The position numbers and the translations under genes were made by a program. From assembly GCA_963812015.1 (NCBI GenBank), contig CAWETI010000002.1:512001-576000 (forward strand): a stretch of 64,000 nt of DNA, read 5' to 3'. Numbering within the stretch: position 1 is the stretch's first letter; each line of letters starts with the position of its first letter. Shown here piece by piece: positions 58,230 to 64,000 of the stretch. The notes under the pieces were generated by a model. The model saw nothing but the letters and a program-made list of their open reading frames with translations, had not been told where the DNA came from and did no database searches. Origin of the DNA: an uncultured delta proteobacterium (lineage in GTDB: Bacteria; Desulfobacterota; Desulfobaccia; Desulfobaccales; 0-14-0-80-60-11).

Positions 58230-60149
58230 ATGGCAAAAACGATAGTTGAGCAAGTGATGGCGGCGCATCTGGTGTCCGGGGAGTTGGCCCCCGGGGCCGA
58301 AGTGGCGCTCAAGATTGACCACACCTTGACCCAGGATGCCACCGGCACGTTGGCCTATCTGGAGTTCGAGGCCATGGGGGTGGAGAGGGCCCGGCCCGAG
58401 GTGGCGGTGAGTTATGTGGACCACAACCTGCCCCAGACGGATTTTCGCAACGCCGACGACCACCGGTTTCTGAGGACGGTGGCGGCCCGCTACGGCCTCT
58501 ATTTTTCGCCGCCGGGCAACGGCATCAGCCACCAGGTGCACCTGGAGCGGTTCAGCGCTCCGGGTAAGACCTTGCTGGGGTCCGACAGCCACACGCCCAC
58601 GGCCGGGGGCGCCGGGATGCTGGCCTTTGGGGCCGGGGGTCTGGACGTGGCCCTGGCGTTGGCCGGGCAGCCCTTCTATCTGGTCATGCCCGAGATCCTG
58701 GGGGTTCGCCTGACGGGACGGTTCCGGCCCTGGGTGTCGGCCAAGGACGTCATCCTGGAGTTGCTGCGCCGCCTGACGGTCAAAGGGGGGCGGGGCAAGA
58801 TCCTGGAATTCTTCGGCCCGGCCCTGCGCTATCTCAGCGTACCCGAACGGGCGGCCATCACTAACATGGGGGCGGAACTGGGGGCCACCACCTCCATCTT
58901 CCCGGCGGATGCCCAGACCCATAAGTTCCTGAAAATGCAGGGGCGGGAGGTGGATTTTCGGCCCCTCGAGGCCCAGGGGCGCCCGGATTACGCCGAAGTG
59001 CAGGAGGTGAACCTGGATACGCTGGTGTCCCTCACGGCCCAGCCCAGTTCCCCGGACCGGGTGGCGCCGGTCAAAGACCTGGCGGGCACCCCGGTGGAAC
59101 AGGTGCTCATCGGCTCCTGCGCCAACTCGTCTTTTCGGGATTTAATGATCGCCTCCCGGGCCTTGCGGGGCCGGCGGGTGCATCCCCGGGTGAGCCTGGA
59201 GATCAACCCGGGGTCCCGGCAGGTCCTGGAAAACCTCATCCTGGCCGGGGGCCTGCTGCCGCTTCTGGAAGCCGGGGCCCGGGTGATGCCGCCGGGCTGT
59301 TGGGGGTGCATCGGCATGGGCCAGGCCCCGCCCACCGAGGCCGTGAGCGTGCGCACCTTTCCCCGGAACTTCCCGGGGCGGAGCGGCACCAAGGACGACC
59401 GGGTGTATCTGGCCAGCCCCGAAACCGCGGTGGCCGCGGCCATCTTCGGGGAACTGCGGGACCCCCGGGACCTGGGGAATTACCCCCGGGTAGGCGGGCC
59501 CCGGCTTTTTGTGGCGAACGGGAGCAACATCATCCCGCCGCCGCCCAAAGGGGAGGCCGGGGAAGTGATCCGGGGCCCCAACATCGTGCCCTTTCCCCAC
59601 CTGACGCCCCTGGCCGAGACCTGGCGTGGAGAAGTGTGGCTCAAAGTGGGGGATAATGTCACCACCGACGATATCATGCCGGCGGGCAGCCAGATTCTGC
59701 CGTTGCGCAGCAACCTGCCGGCCATCAGCCAGTACGCCTTCACCCGCCTGGACCCGGAATTTCCCCAGCGGGTGGCGGGCCGGGGGGAAGGCGCGGTGGT
59801 GGGCGGGGAGAACTACGGCCAGGGGTCGTCCCGGGAGCACGCCGCCCTGGCGCCCCGGTACCTGGGGGTGAGGGTCAAACTGGTGAAAAGCTTTGCCCGC
59901 ATCCACCTGGCCAACCTGATCAATTTCGGCATTTTGCCCCTGACCTTTGAGAATCCCGGGGATTACGATCTCCTGGCCCAGGGGCAAACCCTGGAATTGC
60001 CCGGGGTGCGCCAGCGGCTTTTGGACGGGGCGGAACGCCTGCCCCTGAAGGTGGGTGGTAAAGAAATCTGGGTGCGGGTGGACCTGTCGGCGCGGCAGCG
60101 CCGCCTCCTGGCGGTGGGCGGGGCGTTGAATCTGGCCAGAGAGGCGTAG
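58230..60149 (+). CDS. Aconitate hydratase (short, about 640-aa type)
   Basis: TQDATG, DHN, DSHT, GSCAN, CxGCIG, RNFPGR, YGQGSSREHA. Confidence 0.92.
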   Translation: MAKTIVEQVMAAHLVSGELAPGAEVALKIDHTLTQDATGTLAYLEFEAMGVERARPEVAVSYVDHNLPQTDFRNADDHRFLRTVAARYGLYFSPPGNGISHQVHLERFSAPGKTLLGSDSHTPTAGGAGMLAFGAGGLDVALALAGQPFYLVMPEILGVRLTGRFRPWVSAKDVILELLRRLTVKGGRGKILEFFGPALRYLSVPERAAITNMGAELGATTSIFPADAQTHKFLKMQGREVDFRPLEAQGRPDYAEVQEVNLDTLVSLTAQPSSPDRVAPVKDLAGTPVEQVLIGSCANSSFRDLMIASRALRGRRVHPRVSLEINPGSRQVLENLILAGGLLPLLEAGARVMPPGCWGCIGMGQAPPTEAVSVRTFPRNFPGRSGTKDDRVYLASPETAVAAAIFGELRDPRDLGNYPRVGGPRLFVANGSNIIPPPPKGEAGEVIRGPNIVPFPHLTPLAETWRGEVWLKVGDNVTTDDIMPAGSQILPLRSNLPAISQYAFTRLDPEFPQRVAGRGEGAVVGGENYGQGSSREHAALAPRYLGVRVKLVKSFARIHLANLINFGILPLTFENPGDYDLLAQGQTLELPGVRQRLLDGAERLPLKVGGKEIWVRVDLSARQRRLLAVGGALNLAREA

Positions 60150-60160
60150 GGTAGGGCCGC

Positions 60161-60210
60161 GTAGGGGCGACTCGGCGGGTCGCCCCTCCTCCCCTCCCAG
60201 CCCCCCATAA
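60161..60210. repeat. GTAG REP adjoining a partial G-rich repeat
   Basis: GTAGGGGCGACTCGGCGGGTCGCCCCT followed by CCTCCCCTCCCAGCCCCCCATA. Confidence 0.65.
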
Positions 60211-60273
60211 AGTGCGAGAGGGGCTGTCGAGCGCCGACTATCTCCCATTGACCCCGTTGAGAGAGGTAAGGTT

Positions 60274-60900
60274 ATGGGCATCTTAAGGTCTTGGTTTAAA
60301 TCAAAACCACCCCCCGAGGAGCCGACCTACGAGATTGTCGAACGGCGCCTGTCCATCGACGAGCGCCATTACCAGGTGCGGATCATCAAGGCAGGGCGGG
60401 AATTCTTTGCCGAGGACCTCTTCCAGACGGCGAAAAAACCCGTGGATCTTAATTTCAGCAGGTTTTTTCCGCTCAATGAACACCCGCCGAAACCGCATTT
60501 CGCTCCCTCCTTGCAGGAGGCGGTGGATTGGTTCACCGGCCGGAAACTCCCCAAAGACGGCTATAACAACATTTGGTGGGGAGACCAGGCTATCTATGAG
60601 TGTGGCCTCTGCCAGGGCAGGCGGGCCGTGCCTTTACGGATTACCAAGGTGGAGCGCCTGGCGGTGGATAGGGCGATTCCCACGCACCTGGAAATCGTCG
60701 GCTGGCGGGTGGTGGAGGTGGAATCGGAGTTGACGGGCAAGGGGATACCCTCCCGGAGATTAGTGCAGCTTAAGCTTAAACCGATAATCATATGGCATCA
60801 GGCGCCCAACCACTACCTGTGCCGGAGTTGCGCCCAGAAGTTGACGGACGCGGGACGGCCGCCGGACCCAGCCGAATATTTTATCTTTGAGACGGAGTAA
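60274..60900 (+). CDS. Hypothetical protein with two distant CxxC pairs
   Basis: 208-aa ORF with RBS-like GAGG/TAAGG; CGLC and CRSC. Confidence 0.7.
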   Translation: MGILRSWFKSKPPPEEPTYEIVERRLSIDERHYQVRIIKAGREFFAEDLFQTAKKPVDLNFSRFFPLNEHPPKPHFAPSLQEAVDWFTGRKLPKDGYNNIWWGDQAIYECGLCQGRRAVPLRITKVERLAVDRAIPTHLEIVGWRVVEVESELTGKGIPSRRLVQLKLKPIIIWHQAPNHYLCRSCAQKLTDAGRPPDPAEYFIFETE

Positions 60901-61042
60901 AGGTTGGGCCAGGGGGGACCAGAGGCTATCCCCAAAAATCCGGATGGCGGGGCGGCTGCCTCTGACCGCCACCCTTAAAATTGCCTGAATCGACGGTATG
61001 AGTAGTCGTGGCGGTAATCAGGGGGCCAGGGTCTCAAGGAAT

Positions 61043-61081
61043 CGAAGGGGATCATTGGGGCAAACCCCGTGATCCCCTTCG
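61043..61081. terminator. Hairpin between convergent genes, possible terminator
   Basis: CGAAGGGGATCA-TT-GGGG-CAAA-CCCC-G-TGATCCCCTTCG; no clear U-tract. Confidence 0.4.
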
Positions 61082-61125
61082 GGCTTAAGGCACTTAAGGA
61101 AAAAGATCAGGACTAACGGTGAAGC

Positions 61126-61614
61126 TTAACCTACTCCGGGCACCGTGAAATAGACTTCTTTCAATAGAGGCGGCTTGAATTCTAAGGTCCTGAACAACAA
61201 TACCGGGACGGTGGCGTGGGAGGCGACTTTGTCTGCCACGCCGCCCATGTACCAGGCCACTTCGCCGGCGCCGTGCGTCCCTAAAACGATAAGGTCATAG
61301 CCTTTGTCTTGGGCAAAAGCGATGATTTCCCGAGCCGGCACCCCATCCTGGCAGGCCCAGTCGGCGTCCAGGCCCTGGTCCTTCAGGTCGTTGCCGGCCT
61401 TGGCCAGGAAGGTGTCGCAGAATTTCTGCTCTTGGGCTGCTTCCGCTTTGATGGTGCCAGGGGTGCCTTCCCCGGCGAAAGCGCCGACGCCGCTGTAGCA
61501 GGCGTGGAAAAGGGTTACCTTGGCCTTGAAGGTTTTGGCCAGTTCCACTACTTTGGGGAGAACTTTCGCCGCAATTTCCGAGCCATCCAGAGGAACCAAC
61601 ATCTTTTTAAACAT
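61126..61614 (-). CDS. Universal stress protein
   Basis: KKMLVPLDGS, DLIVLGTHG, GGVADKV...VPVLL; RBS AGGAGG. Confidence 0.92.
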   Translation of the reverse strand: MFKKMLVPLDGSEIAAKVLPKVVELAKTFKAKVTLFHACYSGVGAFAGEGTPGTIKAEAAQEQKFCDTFLAKAGNDLKDQGLDADWACQDGVPAREIIAFAQDKGYDLIVLGTHGAGEVAWYMGGVADKVASHATVPVLLFRTLEFKPPLLKEVYFTVPGVG

Positions 61615-61732
61615 GACCGCCCTCCTGATTAAGGTGAACCGGGTCCGCCGACCAATCGCCTGACAGCCCATGCTCCTTATTTCTCAAGGTAAGACAGTTT
61701 TGTAAGGTTGTCAACTGAGCTAGTGGAAATCT

Positions 61733-62758
61733 TTACCTATTTTCATTATCGGGGTCTGGTTCCCGGTCCGGTTCGGGGTCTTCGGGGGCGTGAGGGCCGC
61801 CTTTGTAAAGATCGCGCTGCAACACCCGGTGATAACTGGTGAAATCGCCTGCCCCGGTGTCACCTTCCAGATGTTGACTCATCATTTTCAGCTTGGCGTC
61901 CAGGTCATCCAGGAAATTTACCAGCAGGGCCTCCCGGGTCTTGGGGGGGATGGGAGAGCCGAACTCCAGGGAGCCGTGGTGGGATAAGATGATGTGTTCC
62001 AACTGCAGGAGCACGGTGGGGTCGGGGAACTCCAGGGCCTGGGCTTCGGAGCGCACCAGGTCCCAGCCCAGGACGATGTGGCCCAGGAGCCGGCCCGGCA
62101 CGGTGGCTTCCGGGGCCGTGGGATTGGCCAGTTCTTTGACTTTGCCCAGGTCGTGGAGGATGGCCCCGGCCAGGACCAGGTCCCGGTTCAGTTCGGGATA
62201 GATATTGAGGGAGGCCAGGGCGTGGCGGGCCACGAACCAGGTGTGCTCCAGGAGACCGCCCAGATAGGGGTGGTGATAGAGGCGGGCGGCGGGGCAGACC
62301 AGGAACTCGTCTCGGTAACGGTCCAAGAGCTTGAGGACCAACTGCTGGAGGGGGGGGCTGATCTGGCTTTCGGCCAGGTGCCACAGCTCCTGCCACAAAG
62401 CTTGGCGGTCGTAGGGGGTGGCCTGGAAGAGCAGTTCCGGGTCATACTCCTTAAGGTCCCGGCCCAGCTCCCGGAGGGCGTCTACGGTATTGATATAACC
62501 GATATTGAGCTGCAATTCGCCCTTGTAGGACTCAACCTGGGCCTGGACTGCCACATGATCCCCCGGGGCGAAGGGGCCGGGGCATTTGGCCAGCACTTTG
62601 TTCCAGACCCGGGCCACCACGGCGCCGCTTTTGTCCCCCAAAACCAGGGAGAGGTAGGGTTTACCGGACTTGTCGGTGCGGCTCTCCGCCTGGCGCACCA
62701 AGAAATATTGCTGCACCGCGGCCCCTTCCTTCAGGTGAGAAATTAGCTCATGGGGCAT
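61733..62758 (-). CDS. yhaM: YhaM-family 3'-5' exoribonuclease (OB fold plus HD)
   Basis: GKPYL...DKSG OB fold; HHPYLGGLLEH, LHDLGK, GHI, SHHG, DDLDAK. Confidence 0.9.
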   Translation of the reverse strand: MPHELISHLKEGAAVQQYFLVRQAESRTDKSGKPYLSLVLGDKSGAVVARVWNKVLAKCPGPFAPGDHVAVQAQVESYKGELQLNIGYINTVDALRELGRDLKEYDPELLFQATPYDRQALWQELWHLAESQISPPLQQLVLKLLDRYRDEFLVCPAARLYHHPYLGGLLEHTWFVARHALASLNIYPELNRDLVLAGAILHDLGKVKELANPTAPEATVPGRLLGHIVLGWDLVRSEAQALEFPDPTVLLQLEHIILSHHGSLEFGSPIPPKTREALLVNFLDDLDAKLKMMSQHLEGDTGAGDFTSYHRVLQRDLYKGGPHAPEDPEPDREPDPDNENR

Positions 62759-62880
62759 GACTCGGGCCTCTGAGGGTGAGATGGTGAGATGGGGGTATGA
62801 TACTCTCAAGGCCGGAAGGGGTCAAGGAGAGGTTTTGGCGGTTTTTTAAAGATATGGAAGAGATTTGGTGCAGATAATCG

Positions 62881-63008
62881 TTGACATTCGCCTGAAGATA
62901 ATTATCTTAAAATCTCTAAGAATTTCCCGGAACAATGCCGACATGAAAAAAAAAGCGCCATGGGTGATTAACTTTTTTTCTTGACATCGGTCTAATTAAG
63001 GGTAAACT
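62881..63008 (+). promoter_or_regulatory. Two tandem sigma-70-type promoters upstream of the sigma factor gene
   Basis: TTGACA(62881)-16 bp-TATCTT and TTGACA(62981)-16 bp-TAAACT. Confidence 0.55.
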
Positions 63009-63059
63009 AACCTCTTTAAACTTTTGATGAGTTGGGGTAGCAATACAGGACAAAAATCC

Positions 63060-64000
63060 ATGGAAAAAGATTACCTGAAGAAATTTATCGAATTGGGCGG
63101 CAATGAGTTTTTGGCCTACGACAAGTTCAATCTCTCCGACGAGGAGCGGGAATCCCTGCGCGCCCCGTTTGATGGACCGGCAGACGAGGATCTGGACGTC
63201 TCCGAGCATCTGGATGCGACGGGCTACGGCCCTATAGCGGAAGAGGGGGTTGACGAGGAGCTGGAAGAACCCATCGAAGCCGACGAGATCCCTGAACACG
63301 AGGGCTTGGTGGCCGCCTACTTCCGTGAGATGCTGCGATATTCCATCCTGTCCCCGGAAGAGGAGAGGACTTTAGGGCGCATTATCAAAGAAGGGCAGGA
63401 TGCCATCCTGGATCTGGTGTCCATCGCCCAATCCGACCTGGAGGAAGTCCATTATCTCCAGAAGAAAATCCAGCAATGGTTCCAGGCCCCGGACAAGAGC
63501 GCCCAGGGGAAGGAAAAGCTCTTTAAGGTGATCCACCAGAGGCTCTCCCAGGTGCAGAAACACCATCCGGAAGCCACTGAGGTCAAGGATCTGGCCCAGA
63601 ACATCAGGGTGACGGAAGATGAGGTCAATCAGGCCCGGGACCAGATGATCAAAGCCAACCTGCGCCTGGTGGTGAGCATCGCCAAGAAGTATCTCCACCG
63701 GGGCCTGACCTTCTCGGATCTGATCCAGGAAGGCAACCTGGGTTTGATGAAAGCGGTGACTCGCTATGACTACACTACCGGTTACCGCCTCAGCACCTTT
63801 GCTTCCTGGTGGATCCGGCAGACCATAACCCGGGCCATTTACGACAAGACCCGGACTATCCGGATCCCGGTGCACCTGCAGGAGATCCGGAACCGGTGCT
63901 ACCGGGCCTTCTATGATCTGCTCAAGGAACTGGGCCGGGACCCGAGCCTGAAAGAGATTGCCGAACGCTCAGGGGTGGCCGAGGAAAAGATCCTCCTGGT
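63060..64000 (+). CDS. RpoD/RpoS-like sigma-70 factor, 3' end outside the window
   Basis: Not in the ORF track because there is no stop in the window. Manual translation gives ANLRLVVSIAKKY, DLIQEGNLGLMKAV, STFASWWIRQTITRAI and RTIRIPVH. Confidence 0.93.
   Translation, partial: MEKDYLKKFIELGGNEFLAYDKFNLSDEERESLRAPFDGPADEDLDVSEHLDATGYGPIAEEGVDEELEEPIEADEIPEHEGLVAAYFREMLRYSILSPEEERTLGRIIKEGQDAILDLVSIAQSDLEEVHYLQKKIQQWFQAPDKSAQGKEKLFKVIHQRLSQVQKHHPEATEVKDLAQNIRVTEDEVNQARDQMIKANLRLVVSIAKKYLHRGLTFSDLIQEGNLGLMKAVTRYDYTTGYRLSTFASWWIRQTITRAIYDKTRTIRIPVHLQEIRNRCYRAFYDLLKELGRDPSLKEIAERSGVAEEKILL

Noticed and set aside
1..64000. tRNA, rRNA, prophage, integrase or recognisable defence-system genes
   Set aside because: None recognised by eye; tRNAscan-SE and Infernal were not run.

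Overview
GC-rich chromosomal window from an anaerobic deltaproteobacterium (Desulfobacterota-like; inferred from gene content). It is mostly housekeeping genes: rny-ymdB, sucC and sucD separated by two inserted genes, queH, coaX, glmM, two ferredoxins, an acyl-CoA ligase/GNAT fusion, pstSCAB1B2, bcp with an internal TGA, amrS, ihfA, the dcw cluster (mraZ to ftsZ, without murB/ddl), ruvX, envelope glycosylation genes, a lipid cluster, aconitase, USP, yhaM and a sigma-70 gene cut by the window end. The strongest novel candidate is at about 24.2-26.5 kb and is missed by the ORF track. It holds two tandem 43-aa membrane microproteins, one ending IULSCIGVG (in-frame TGA plus a SECIS-like hairpin, a probable selenoprotein) and one ending ICLSCIGVG. 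Each is TGATG-coupled to a copy of a membrane 4Fe-4S gene. The copy after the Sec peptide is a 33-codon stub that carries the hairpin, and its frame runs over the start of the Cys paralog, suggesting a selenium-responsive Sec/Cys switch. The locus is divergent from a BigR/SqrR-like ArsR and DsrE2 pair. Other highlights: a RAYT/REP element with a cargo gene inside the dcw cluster, a REP palindrome translated in frame inside murF, a complementary-degenerate PstB pair, and an rsmH that appears to need a non-AUG start. All calls come from reading motifs by eye; no database searches were run.
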